Assembly (NCBI GenBank): GCA_026770705.1
Contig: JANJGN010000151.1
Span: 620,001 to 684,000, forward strand
Length of the DNA stretch: 64,000 bases
Reading direction: 5' to 3'
Origin: Isurus oxyrinchus
Taxonomy: Eukaryota
Shown: positions 51,214-64,000 of the stretch, piece after piece
Position numbering within the stretch: the first letter of the stretch is position 1
Layout: every line of letters starts with the position of its first letter
Translations under genes and position numbers: made by a program
Notes under the pieces: generated by a model
What the model saw: the letters and a program-made list of their open reading frames with translations, nothing else
What the model was told of the DNA's origin: nothing
Databases searched by the model: none

Positions 51214-52009
51214 GTAAGTCTTTGGGCTAAACCATCAATTGGACAAATCATTGTTTTATGAAGCTGGTTTTGTCAATGAAAATTAAGGAGTATGATATAG
51301 TCATCTTCAGGCATTTCTTTAAACTCAATTGATCAGGAATATACAAACTTTCCATCGTCTTAATATTTCTTTGTTTTAAACTCAAGAATTAAGTCTCTGA
51401 AACACCCTAAACACTGCATCTATTCCTTTACACAATGCCGAGGCTGCTCAGGTCGCTAGATTGATTTCTAAAATGTAATATTCTGGTAACCTTTTCGAAA
51501 CCAATAGTTCAAGGCTATTCTTATACAAGGGAAGATCCTGACAATACATTTCCAACGATACCAACTTTGGGTAGATCTTCATTTTGTGTTAGTCTAAAAA
51601 TTGCAATAGCCAGTGCTATATCTGCCTTGAATTATGGTTCCATTGTTTTCAGGTGATTTACAATTCTGGAGGGATGTGAATGAGCTGCAGGTTCATTATC
51701 AGCCATTTCATATTTCCGCCTGAAGTTAAGATTCACCTGCCTGAAATGGTTGAGGGGTGAAATTAGCCTTGAGCTGTTAAGCAAGCTGGCTATCAGTTTT
51801 ACACTCGATACAGTCCTCTGTCCCATTGACATCAGAGAAGTAGAAATTAGACCAAGTGGAAAACTGTTAGATCATTCGATCCAGCCTAAAAACGGTTCCT
51901 GCCCCATGGAAGTAAAAGGATATCGGGTGTAGGTGGGAATGTGGACTTGTGGCCATGATCAGGTTAGCCATGATCTTATTGAATGACGAAGCAGGTTAGA
52001 GGGGTCTAA

Positions 52010-52890
52010 TGGATAGTGTGGAGGATAGCCATAATCTCCAAAACGATATAGATGGGTTGGTGGAGTGGGCGGTAAAATAACAGATGGATTTTAACAGAAA
52101 GAAGTGTGAGGGCATACATTTAGAGAGGTCAAAGAGTTAAAGGGATTACGACATGAATGGGAATATAATAAGAAGGGTAGATGGAACGAGAGATCTTGGC
52201 GTGCAAGTACACAGGTCCCTGAAGGCAGCAGTTCAAGTAGACAAGGTTGTAAAGAAAGCAAATGGCACGCTCTCCTTCACTGGCAGAGGTATAGAATATA
52301 AAAGTAAGGATATAATGTTGGAATTGTATAAAACACTGGCGAGGCCACAACTGGAGTATTGCGTGCAGTTCTGGTCGCTACATTACAGGAAGGGCATAAT
52401 AACTCTAGAAAGAGTGCAGAGGAGGTTTACAAGAATGTTGCCAGGGTTAGGAAAGAGTAGCTACGAGGAGAGATTGGATATGTTGGGGTTATTTTACTTA
52501 GAATAAAGAAGGCTGAGAGGTGACTTGATTGAGGTGTACAAAATTATGAGGGGAATAGATAGAGTGGACAGTATAAAATTGTTTCCCTTGATGGAGAATT
52601 CCAGAACCAGAGGACATCGATTCAAGATAAGTGGCAGAAGGTTTAGGGGATACATAAGGAAGAACTTTATTACGCAGAGGGTAGTGACTGTCTGGAATTA
52701 GCTGCCCAAGTTGGTGGCAGAGGCAGAAACTTTAAACTCTTTTAAAAAATACCTGGATCTGCAGCTTAAGTGCTGTAAACTGCAGGGCTATTAGCCCAGT
52801 GCAGGAAGGTGGGATTAGAACGAGTACCTAGGTGTCCTCGGGCTGGCATGGATAAGATGAGCCGAATGGCCTCCTAGTGCGCTGTAACTT
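52010..52890 (+). mobile_element. CR1-like LINE 3' portion (RT C-terminus + 3' UTR)
   Basis: RDLGVQVHRSLK..LYKTLARPQLEYCVQFWSLHYRK..LERVQRRFTRMLPGL..YEERL. Confidence 0.9.
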
Positions 52891-54707
52891 CCCGATGGTT
52901 ATATGGTTCTGTGAAGTTATGAACTAAATGCAGTCTAAAAATCAATGTGGAGATCTGATCTAAAGAATCACTGGTGTCATTTTTTTAAATTACAAAGTCA
53001 ATTATTATACTTACCGAGTAAGTTAACATAAGTAGTTATGTTTCAGTTCTTTATTGCTTTCATGAGAAAACCAGGTGAATATTTACTTCTTGGAGCGTCT
53101 CCTGCTGAGGTGCCGCTGCTTTGTTCTAATGGTTTGGTTACTCAGTGTTCTGAAACATTTTTCTCTGGTCAGAGCTGGTTGAGTGAGGAAGGAAATGCTG
53201 TTGTGTTGTTTCATACATGACAAAACTCCCGGTAGATAACCGAGATCCGACGTGTTTGCAGAAATATCTTTGAGGCTGAGCAAACGAATTTACAATTTAA
53301 CATAGACCTTTCATGGGAACCAGGTTATGTTCTGTGAACGGAAGCTCATGCTGACATCACTGGATTAATGATCCAGAGGCCTGAGCCAACGACATGAATT
53401 ATACTAATTAATTTCAATGGAGATAATTACTATAACTCTGGAATAAAGTTGTCTTACCAGAAATAGCGATCAGCTAACTACCAGATCATCGCTATAAACT
53501 CTACCCAGTTCACTACCGTCCTTCAGGGAAGGAAATCTATGCTGGCCGAGATATGATTCCAGATCCACAACAATGTGGTTGAACATTAACTGCCTTCGTA
53601 AATAACCCAGAAAACCACTCAACCGGTAAGTGGCAGCTCGCTACCCCCTCTGAAAGGCAATTAGTGATAGACAATAAATGCTGGTGCTCCAATGTCGCCT
53701 AAATCCTTTGAATGAATAAATAAAAAGGACCTGGGCGTAGGAGGGACTGGAGTGCCAACCCTAAATCCGGAAATCTGGAAGGTATTTTGAAACCACTGTT
53801 AACTTGAGAGTCAGGCATTGTACCGAGCCGTATACCAATGGAACAAACATACAGCTGAACACACAAGTAGCTACCTGCCTGTAAATGAACAATGGACAAA
53901 TTCCAAGTTTCTGTCATTATGTGCAGCTCTAAATGAGCATGATAAGGTTTTAGTGATATACAATGGTTAGATATGTACCAATAAGCTGCAAAATTTGCAT
54001 TCCATTCAGTGCAAGATAAAACGTGATGAATAGGAAATTCACATGGAACCAAAAGTTCCCGATGTTGGTGAGATATAAAATTGGGGAACTGCATTGGGAT
54101 ATCCGTTTGATGCCCTGGAGATCTACAGACTGGTGTTAAGGAGACAGATTCTTCCATTTGATCCAGCCCAAAAACGTGTTCTGCACCATGGGAGTCAAAT
54201 GTTATCAGAGGCAGGTGGGAATGTGGAATTGAGGCCACAATCAGATCAGCCATGATCTTATTGAATAGCGAAAAAGGTAGAGGGGCCGAATAGCCTGTTT
54301 CTGCTCCTGATTCGTTTGTTTGTATGTCCCTGAAATATACGCACAAGGCCACTGATTTAATAGTTTAGTAGAATGGCCACTATAGTAATCTTCTATTCAT
54401 TGCGGTTACAGGACACAAATAAGCACATTCCATACTTCAGTCGGTCAAACGTCAGAATTCACCTGGGAGTGAAGAAAAATGTCAGGGATAAAATTGTTTT
54501 TTCCTGCAGCTCAGAGTGAGAGCAATACCAAGCAAAATTCAAACCATGCCAGGTTTTTGGTTTAATCATAGTGCACTGTCCCGAAGAAGAAATCCAGCGC
54601 CAATATTTGGTTTGACTCCCTTGGGGTATTGAATTGCCTTTTGGCCGATGGGGTGAAGAGTAGGAGAAGAACTACGGACATGATTCTGGTTACATCTAGG
54701 GGTGCAG

Positions 54708-55095
54708 ACATCCATTCATGCATCAGACCATCCCTCCGTCCATTCGTCCGTTCATCCGTCTGTCCATTCATCCACCCGTCCCCCCCATCCCTTTGTACAT
54801 CCATTCATCCGTCCATACATCTATCCATCCATCCATGTATCCACGCATCCAAACATCCATCCATCCGTCCATCAGTCCGTCCGTCTATACATACACCCAT
54901 CATCCATTGATCCATCGATCCATCCATTCCTCCGTCCATCCATCTATCCATCCATCCATCTATCCATTCCTCTGTGCATCCATCCATCCATCCAATCATC
55001 CATCCATCCATCCATCCATCTATCCATTCTTCTGTACATTCTTCGGCCCATGTGTGCATCCGACCACCCATCCATCTGCCCATCCATCCCACATA
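54708..55095. repeat. (CCAT)n degenerate microsatellite
   Basis: Read directly; the overlapping ORFs are repeat artefacts. Confidence 0.95.
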
Positions 55096-57059
55096 ACTTA
55101 TCAATCCCTTTGTCACACCATAACCCTCTTTGTGTTCAGAAGGAAAAATAACGGATGGTCCGAAATCCTGTGACCCTTTCTTCCCTCAAGTTCTAATGCC
55201 CCATAGACTTTGAAAATTTCTATAAGGCAATCTGCATACAGCCCTAATGTTTCCGCTGTTTGAAAACTAATAGCTGAGTGGTGGATTGCCTAGATAATTC
55301 TGTCAACCACCATTTCTCTTTCATCTAGTAGGAGCGCAGACAGAATATGCTGTTCTGAATCCAACAGGAAGAAAAACGACCACAAAGTGGCTTTAGCGGC
55401 ACTACTTTGCCCACGGAGAGGAAGGAGGTAGTTAAATCAGGGCGCAGAGATTGCATGATGGGATTCTGGCTTCCGAGTGACTTGATGCATTAGCGTTGGG
55501 ATGTTTCTTCCTCTTTTGTAGAATAAGGACCAACCTATTTATAGGAAGTGGATTAATCGCCTCGGTGTGGAGAAAGAAATATGGGGACCAGTTTTAAACA
55601 TCGTTACCAAGACTGTAAATCTAATTATTCTAATGCCCTTATGGTTATCCACCTGACAGTGCAGGGGTGCTGTTGCTATACTCATGGCGATTTGAGATTC
55701 TCTATCTGGGCTGGGCTCGATGCTTTGCTGCACCTGGAAGAGTTTCAAGTTCCCGATAAAACGGGCTTTGAACAGAAACAAGAGAGAATTTCGAACTACT
55801 GCCCAACCACAGTGAGGAGGGAGGAATGGAAAGGAGCAAGTGTGCTAATGCACCAAGGAGCCTTTGACGAGGATGATAACATGTGAAAGAATAACAATTA
55901 GAAACTGCAGATTTACATTTATATCGCAATTTATACAACCTCATCACGTGTCAAACATCCGTACAGCCACTGAAATGTAGACACTGATGTAGGAAACACA
56001 GAACCAATTACCCACAACCACATCTTACGAGGAGAAATGTGATAATGACCAGATGATGTTTTCTTTAGTAATGTTGCACGAGAGATAAACATTAGACAGG
56101 ATACCAGCAAGATTTGACCTGTTCTTCTTAGAAATAGTGCAACTGATATTTTAAGTCCACCTGAGTGGGCAGACATTCGAAATTGACGTTGTTTGAGTAC
56201 AACACTTCCGACAGTTCAATACTCCCTCGGTATTGGGCTCGAGATTTTGAGCTCAATATTGGGGAATGGGCCTTGAACCCAAGATCACCTGACTCAGTGA
56301 CGTGAATATTACCACTGAACCACGTCGTTGAACAATAACAACACCACCACTGTCACATAGTGCTTATGTTACTGAACTCGGCATTTAGGTGCCTGGGCGA
56401 ATGTTCCAGAAGCATCGGATGAAATGTCACCACCTGGAAACATAAGTTAAGTTAAGCATATGCATCTGATCGTGAAAAAAGACCATCATGATTGTTAGTG
56501 AATCCCATGAAACCACATGGTTTCACAAGAGAGGTGACACAAGAGAGTTCTTTAAAGTCTTGAAAGATTTCGATAATGTTGGAACAAATTTTCTGCCCGT
56601 GGGAGTCCAAAGCCAGAGACCATAAACGTCAAAGCTTCACCCATAAATTCCACCAAAGGATTAAGCATAAATTTATTAAACTAGTGACTGGTTGGAATGG
56701 GACCTCGATACACCCGGGTTGGCTGAAGCTATAACTGTAAATGTATTTAAATAGAAGCTAAATATAAACCTAGGGTGAAGTGAAAAATAATGCGCTGATG
56801 GTATTAGATCAGGTCGTGTGGGAAAAGGTTCGTGTGGAGCATGAACATCGGCAGAAACTCATGGGCGGAATAACATGTTTCTTCAATACAATTTTACCAA
56901 TATGCTGTAGGGGGCAATGATATGTGTAAATCCTCATTGTCTAACACAAAGGGCACTTGTATTGTTAAAAATAATGTCATGGCTGATCTTTGTGAAGCAG
57001 AGTGTGTCTCTCCCGAGGGCAGGTTTTGTAACAGTGGGGTTGCTATTGCTATCACAATG

Positions 57060-57337
57060 ACTTTCTGGATTGTGCAGACGAAGATTGGACATCTTCGTCC
57101 TTCTGAAAGCGAAATAGCCTGTCTTCTCGGCGATTTCAAGTTCAATTTCCAATTGCCCAACCACACCTTTTTCGTTTTCTGTGCTGCTCATGACCCACTC
57201 CAGCCGTCCATTCGGACTCACCCTGGACCAGTGGAAGGCGGATATCTCCGAGCTCGTGCAGCTACAATAAAACTGCGCTGGATCTCCCGGCTCGAATGTT
57301 TTGGAAACCGGCGACAGCAGCACTTCATCCGCAAGAT
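57060..57337 (-). pseudogene. Divergent V pseudogene with 23-RSS
   Basis: LADEVLLSPVSKTFEPGDPAQFYCSCTSSEISAFHWSRVSPNGRLEWVMSSTENEKGVVGQLEIELEIAEKTGYFAFRRTKMS/fs/IFVCTIQ. RSS CATTGTG-23-ACAAAACCT at 57021-57059; decayed leader ~57612-57651. Confidence 0.7.
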
Positions 57338-57834
57338 TCCCCCCCCCCCCCCCCCACATCCACCACCCTTCCCATTCTCTCCACACCACCCCCACAACCC
57401 TACCCTGGCCCCCCGCCCCCTCCCCGCCACCCTCCTTCTCCCCGCCCTGGAGAAACATGAATAACATCCTTGCTAAAGCTTTTACCATTTTCTTTGGACT
57501 GGAAAAGCAAAGGGTTGGACTCCAGTCGGTCGGGAAAATTGCAAATCATCAATAGCTCATATGAAGACGCAGAATACATTGCTCACGGACCAAGTTCATC
57601 ACGTAATGTGCGAGATATCATCATAACATTTTGCAGCGCATCGTTGCAACGCCGTCTTTCTGAAAGACACGCACTGGTTCCTTTTCTCTGCCTCTAGATC
57701 AGAGACCACATGGACCCTCCGACAAAAAAGCATGAACTGAGTTACATAGCCCCACATTCTGAAAACATATTACAGTTATAGATATATATATATATACATA
57801 TATATAATATGAAATATACATACAATATATACAT

Positions 57835-57873
<39 letters not shown>

Positions 57874-58742
57874 TGCAATTTTATAAACCACTGAAAGCTA
57901 AAGACAGCAAGAAATTGAGTGAGAAAGGCAGGAACAGAAGGGAACGAAACAGGATGAAAGGAAAAGAGAAAATGAGCAAACTAAACGAGAGAAAGAAAGC
58001 AATGCATAAAAGCAAAGAAGAACTGGGTTGAACTGATGGTGAATGTATGTTTTTAAACAGTTAACAAATTAATGTAACTCGATTACTTTAAACGCCTTTC
58101 TTCAACGTCCATTGAAATCAAGAGCGATTTCCTCTGGTCAATACAATTAGGTAAGGAGATGATAAACAGAGCAGGACGATTCATTCTGGTTACTATGTCC
58201 AAAGGTGTCTGATTTTTTTTGTATTTCAAATCATCCTTCAGATAACAGTAATAATCAAAGTGGCAATTTAGGCTGCTCTGCTTCCGTTGTTGCTCTTACA
58301 AAGTCAAAGAGGAACTTTTGTCTCCAAGATTTCTTCAATTGACCAAGGCGGGGAAATACACTCTGAGCAACCAGTATAAAGGAAGTCGTGATTTAGAAGG
58401 AAATAACGTATCATATATGTTCCATTGCAATATATCAGACAGTGGACACATTCCTCCTGTCGTTTACTGAACAGGGTTTCAAAGAAGGTTTCGAATATTG
58501 AAAATCCATCAAATATGAATGGAGTATTTAATCCTCTGGTGACACTTTTCTGATTTCATTGCAATACTGACTGCAATTCGAAAGTCGTTCACTGGTTGCA
58601 AAATCATTGTGTGAACCTCTTTCTTCGCTGCTTTCTTCCACGTTTTGTTTTTGGAGTGCCTGTTTGATTGTCACCCAACCTTCCGAGGATTTTCTCAAGG
58701 AGGGGATACAGTAAGAACTCGGGGCTGTTCTCACACATTGTG

Positions 58743-59040
58743 GCCATGGCAGAGTGATAAACACCACTATTCACTCATCCTGGTCGGCGTCACGTACGCT
58801 GAGATTGGGATGCTGTGAATTTTAAAACGGCTTTGGTGGTGCTCTCCCTGGAAGCCGCTATGGGTATATACCAGGAGCTCAGACAACCAGTGGATTGTAT
58901 GAGCACCTATTGGAGCATGCGCTGAACCCAGGCTGAATCGTGACTGAATTCGCTTCCACTGGCAATATGCAGGCAGCTAGAGAATCCTGTATCAAACACG
59001 AAGAATCCTTGGGTATAATTTCTGAATCTTTATATTCAGG
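58743..59040 (-). pseudogene. Decayed V relic with IgH-like motifs
   Basis: Pieces IASGSEFSHDSAWVQR, SGFQG and NSGVYHSAM, followed by CACAATG-23-ACTGTATCC. Confidence 0.45.
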
Positions 59041-60944
59041 CAGTTGTGTAATCCCAGTGATTGGAATGAGATATATAATACTCACAGAATGGTAACAGCA
59101 AGAATGCGTGAGTTACACCCATGGCTGTTTCTCTTATTGTTGGCCGGCGATGACAGGTTACAGTTCTTTTCTTAACTGGTGATGTTTTTTTGGAGACCTC
59201 AGCATGTGCAAGCATAAAAGCAGATCTAAAAGACTCCACCTCTTACCAGTTGCATTGCGCATGCTACAGGATCGGAATAAGAAAAGCTTGGCGATTAATA
59301 TTCGGTATATATCAACAAGATAAATTCCGGCATAGAAAGATTATGGAACAGAAATGATATTGCTTCCCAAAAAGTAATGAGGGATTTTTTTTACATGTGT
59401 ATGAAAACTGGATGGAGAAATTTACTCTCTTCTGCACCTTCTCAGTTAGTTGTAGCCTCTTGACCAAGAGAACACATATTTCCAGGTGTAGTTTATGACC
59501 ATTTGATTTAGTATTTGAATTGTTTTCACTTTTGTTCAGTTTATAAGTTGAATGTTTACAGATCCCTGCTCTGAGGCTGAATATTTTCAGGAAGCTTAGG
59601 TATCAATCCTGTGAAATTTATCCACGATAGATGACGATTGGACATCGATTGGGAGACAGGAGTGAATCTGAAAGGAAAAATCAACGGGAGCAAGGTCATG
59701 TTAGGCAGATTGTTTGAGAGGAGGTGACGAAGCAAGCGAGTTAAGACTGGAATTCCCAGAGGGTGGCTCAGTTTGGTTTTTGAACCGATATGCCAGAAGG
59801 AATGGAATGGGTTCAACATGTTGCTGAATAACTCAAGCAGTCGGCAGAAACCTCGCGTTGTACAGATTGTAATGATTCGCCAGTTAGAATATTTTTTTAT
59901 ACATATTCGTTCACGGGATGTGGGCGTCACTGACAAGGCCAGCACTTTTTGCACATTTCTATTTGCCGTTGAACTGAATGGCTTGCTAGGTCATTTCAGG
60001 GAACAGTTAACTGTCAACAGCATTGTTGTGCCTCTGGAGGCACAAGTAAGCCAAACCACGTAAGAACGGGTGAACCAGATGATTTTATTTATGAGAAAAT
60101 GATAAATTAATCATTATCATTACTGAGCCTAGCTTTTAATTCCAAATTTATTGTCATTGGCAAATAAATTCCTACTGGCTGTCATTTGAAGCCGCGCCAC
60201 TAGACCATAAATCTAGGCTTTCAGCTTATCAGCCCAGTGACATTATTGCTCCTCCACCGTCTCCAACGGAGATTCTTAGGAGGCATTGTCGAGAAGGAAA
60301 TTGAGTCCGACTCTTCAGTTTCAGGGATGGGAGTTAAGGAGAAAACTAAAACATATGTTTTCAGTGGTGTTGATCTGGAACAGGCGGTGTAAGTGATGAT
60401 ATTTCAGAAACCTATTGCAAATTAAATGAAGTGAAAATAATTCATACACTAGCTTATTAAGCAGCAGGAAAAATAATCAAGTGGACACAGTTTCAAGTTG
60501 CTGAAAGGTAATCTAGGGCTGATATCAGGATATTGTTTATGGAGAGCGCAATCGAGATTTGGAATACCATCAGATTTTAATTTAATAGGACAGGAAATTA
60601 CAGAGAGTCATAAGCGATTTTCATTGTTAACTCCTGTGCCAAGTACAGAGGATGGAGATGTACTCTTGTTTTTGCAATGCTCTCTGAGATTTTAATATAA
60701 CTGCTATCATTTAAACCTTTTCTGACTAGCTTTGATCGATTATAAACGCAATTTATAATTACAATTTAATATAATTTCAGGAGTGGGCCTCATATCTCTG
60801 CTGCGTTGCAATTTGAAGGAAATCCCTGTGATCCTCAGTGGAGGCAGTGTTACTGTTTCCGTTTATTGGTGTGAGAGCGCCTTCTGGTGAACACTAATTG
60901 GGTCTTTCTGTCTGGGTCTCTCTCCAGGATACGTGATATCACTG

Positions 60945-61240
60945 CATCAGTTTGTCCTCCATGGAATAGAAATCCAGGACAGTGTGACAGGTCAGGGTGT
61001 GGCTGACCTTCAGTTCAGTATTGTTGGTAATTTCGTTAACATAGAACGGAATAGATCAATGAGTGACGTGTAGGTTCCTGCCGACATCCCCCCAGATAAG
61101 ATGAATGATGTATTGTGGAGGCTGGCCTTGTTGTTGGCTACACCAATTCACGTAGGGCAAGACACGTTTGCCCTCAGACGTTACGTTTGGAAAAGGCCAT
61201 CTTGGTTATAGCAGACACATGGGGAATGGAATTTTACTGC
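60945..61240 (-). pseudogene. TCR V pseudogene (family of the 4142 and 5462 segments)
   Basis: PYVNWCSQQQGQPPQYIIHLIWGDVGRNLHVTH..NEITNNTELKVSHTL..; its 5' part is interrupted by a repeat. Confidence 0.65.
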
Positions 61241-62409
61241 AAAAATAAAGTATTTTACTATTTCGTTGGACATGGGCGTCACTGACAAGGCCTGCATCTG
61301 TTGTCCATCCCTAACTGCCCTTGCCAAGTTGCTGATGAGGCTTCCTGAGCGGCGATACAATGCGCAGTGGAGCAACACTGTTCAGTATGATGATCCCTGA
61401 GGCTTTTAACACTGCAGTCTTGGAAACTTTATTTCGGAGCGGAAATACAGATCCCCAGATCCCCCTACCCCATCAACACCCCCACCTCTACCCTCCTCCC
61501 CGCCGCCCCCCCCCCCACCCACCCCCTGCCATCTGCAGTTGAACTAACCAATGTCAAGCTTGGACAGCGGCATCAGTCTGTCCAATAGTACAGAGAAAGC
61601 AAGCCAGCTCAGTCCGAGAGCAACAAATGGAAGCTGCGGCTGGTAATGTCTGCAGTTTCATAGGGTGAACCTGTTAGGTGGGTCTATTAAGGGAAATATT
61701 TAAAATTGTACCGTCATCAGTGCAGATGTCTTTCAAGAAAAGAATTGCTCAATGGCAACTGGAGCTTCCCACAGCCGCTATAAAGGGGAATGTAAATGCC
61801 ACGGTGTCCGGAGGGATTCGACACAAAGAGAATATTTCCAACAAAGACCATTTCCATATGCATTAAAATGGGAGTCACTGTCAGGTTGATCCAGTATGGT
61901 AGAGGTTCCACGGTCGATGAGTTCAATGGTGCAGGGGTGAACTGGTCATTCCAATTATTTAGAACATATTGACGTTAACAACAACCATTTTCACAATAAA
62001 TTGCTTAACCATGAGGACAGAGTTTTCAGACTTCCATTTGAAGTTAATGGCTGAATTTTATTGCATGTCTCTTAGTCATTTAATAAACATTAATAAAGAA
62101 CAATGTTGTCAATCTGCAACTATCTCTGACACGCAAAAGATCACACCTAGTCGCCTACTGCCCTCTGGTGGAATGTACATTTAAATATTTTTGATGAAAA
62201 TTTAGAGGAAATGGCGGCTCAGGGTAATGTGCTCAGTTTGAACAGCAGCTCGGATAATAAAGTAATTGAAATAAGGAAACCTTAGTCTTATGAAGTATTT
62301 ATTTTACACCGGTCTTCGATTTTCCCGCCGCAACTTCCGATTTTTGCCAGCTGTGTCTCTGTACTACAGAGGGCTGGGGGTTTCTGTACGAGGATTGAAC
62401 TCGTTTCCA

Positions 62410-62830
62410 TTAGTGCCAAGCTGCATTGTCGGCCAGCTGCAGCTCCGAGATCGTTAAAGTTATGAATTTAGTGAAGCTGTTCAACTTAGATAAAAAGTGT
62501 TTTTTTTTACAAGATCGATTTTACTTCAGAACATCTCGGCATTTTATCAGAATAAATTCGGCATGTCTGTCAGTGTGATGCCGGTACCCGAATAAATGTA
62601 AGCCGCCGCTCCAACTAACAGCGCATTTTCATGCCATCACTTCTCCTGTCTTATCCCTGACGACAGTAGCTGATCTGTTAAAAAAAATGTTCAAACAGGA
62701 AAGATCAATCATGCGGGAGTTTAAAATGCAAACTCAATTCATATTTAAAACGAACGAAGATATGGAGTGTTTTTGATCCACAGCCATCGCCAGCAGCCTG
62801 AGTTTGACAGTAAAAACCAACAGGATTATA
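62410..62830 (-). pseudogene. TCR V pseudogene
   Basis: ..KCAVSWSGGLHLFGYRHHTDRHAEFILIK..LNSFTKFITLTISELQLADNAA; nonamer ACAGAAACC at 62379-62387. Confidence 0.7.
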
Positions 62831-64000
62831 GAAATCAGGGAAAGAATGTATTGTTGCCAGGAGGAAACTGATTACTGATTACACAATCCATAGGAGATGG
62901 TTCTGGAACTCTGCAGCCGGGAAAATCTCTCTTGCGGGGGGAAAAGCAAGCTCACGTCCCTCTGCACGGCTGTAACAACCGATGTCAAATACAGAGCAGA
63001 GGCAGCAATCCCTCCAGTAAAGCAAGCAAGCCAGGTCAGGGCGAGAGCAGCAAGTGAAATTTGCGGGCTGGGCTTCAAATAGTAGTGTTGCCACATGTAA
63101 CATCCATGTGTGAGGGATTTTCGGTTTGTCCTCACTTTCTGTCACAATGATCCCTTCCTCCTTTCTTTGAAAGAATCCATTCCAAGAAGAACAAATCCTG
63201 CCTCTGTGACCTGCAGATGGCGAATATGTGAATGATAATTCGGAATGTACTCTGTGCCTCACTACCATTACAAATGGAGGAGTATGAGGCAGTTCCTGCA
63301 ATAAAGAAACACATCCTGCAATATCACTTTAAATTGAACCGGTGAGTTAGAACTGGAGGGCAGAATTTCAAAGGAGAAAATGAAATTATCCGCTGGTATC
63401 GAGAACGTTATTCTCACACACGATATGGTGAGAGTGGAATAAGTTTCTGGTTAGAGTGGCGGACGGATAAACCACTGAATTGTTTAAGGCCGAAGTTGAG
63501 TCTTAATAGGGCTGCGAGGCAGGATCGCTTCGAACGGACGAGGGCACAAGTCTGAATTATCTTGCCAAATAAAGGAACGCAGGAGTTCTAATTGGTTGTT
63601 ACAAATAACCGGCACCAGATGGCAGTGGAGGATGGTTTCAGTGTGTAGGGTTCAGTTTCCCGCCGAGAACAGCAATCAGTAACTTTGTTGAAGAAAGGCA
63701 TTAAAGAAAGATTCAAACATAGAGGCAATACTTTCAAATGTTTTTCTATTTTTATCAATATTGTTGTGTCATTCACGGTTCAGTTTGTTGCACACTTCCC
63801 TCTGGATCTTAAGAGTTTTACCCATTCTTCGATGCAGAATAAACAACCTCAGCTTGCAACCCGCATCCAACAACTGAAGTTCATCTCCTTCCTGTGTAAT
63901 TAGTGCCGGCTACCTGTCATCGTTCAAAATTCTACAAAGCTCCAGACTCTCATCGTGTTTTCCTCCCATGTTTCCCGGTTATCAGTGATTCTTTGCTCTT

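Noticed and set aside
53699-54352. 217-aa ORF
   Set aside because: No recognisable domain, and both ends overlap interspersed repeats.
54629-55173. Long His/Pro/Ser-rich ORFs
   Set aside because: Translations of a (CCAT)n microsatellite.
62879-63301. 140-aa ORF with a faint V-set-like start
   Set aside because: No canonical Cys/Trp/YxC pattern and no RSS; cannot be supported without a profile search.

Overview
Vertebrate (not microbial) DNA, most likely from a cartilaginous fish, covering part of the variable region of a T-cell receptor alpha/delta-type locus. I read about 20 V segments or relics on both strands; where best preserved they show a split leader exon, phase-1 intron, V exon and a 3' recombination signal sequence (RSS) with a ~23-bp spacer. 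Only one conventional V (31144-31606) looks fully canonical. At 44.0-48.8 kb is a complete NAR-TCR cassette: leader, IgNAR-like V, one 12/12-RSS D, one J, and a leaderless supporting Vdelta. The NAR V has an in-frame TAG just after its second Cys. The most unusual features are a tandem array of four ~62-bp units, each carrying a 23-RSS, directly behind the supporting Vdelta, and a ~1.3-kb inverted duplication that brackets the NAR V-D-J. The window also holds two GPR139-like GPCR relics, an intron-containing tRNA-Arg(TCT) pseudogene, Penelope-like elements with hammerhead-like motifs, CR1/Tx1/other LINE fragments, minisatellites, many CTCF-like motifs and three assembly gaps. All calls were made by eye; no database search was run.
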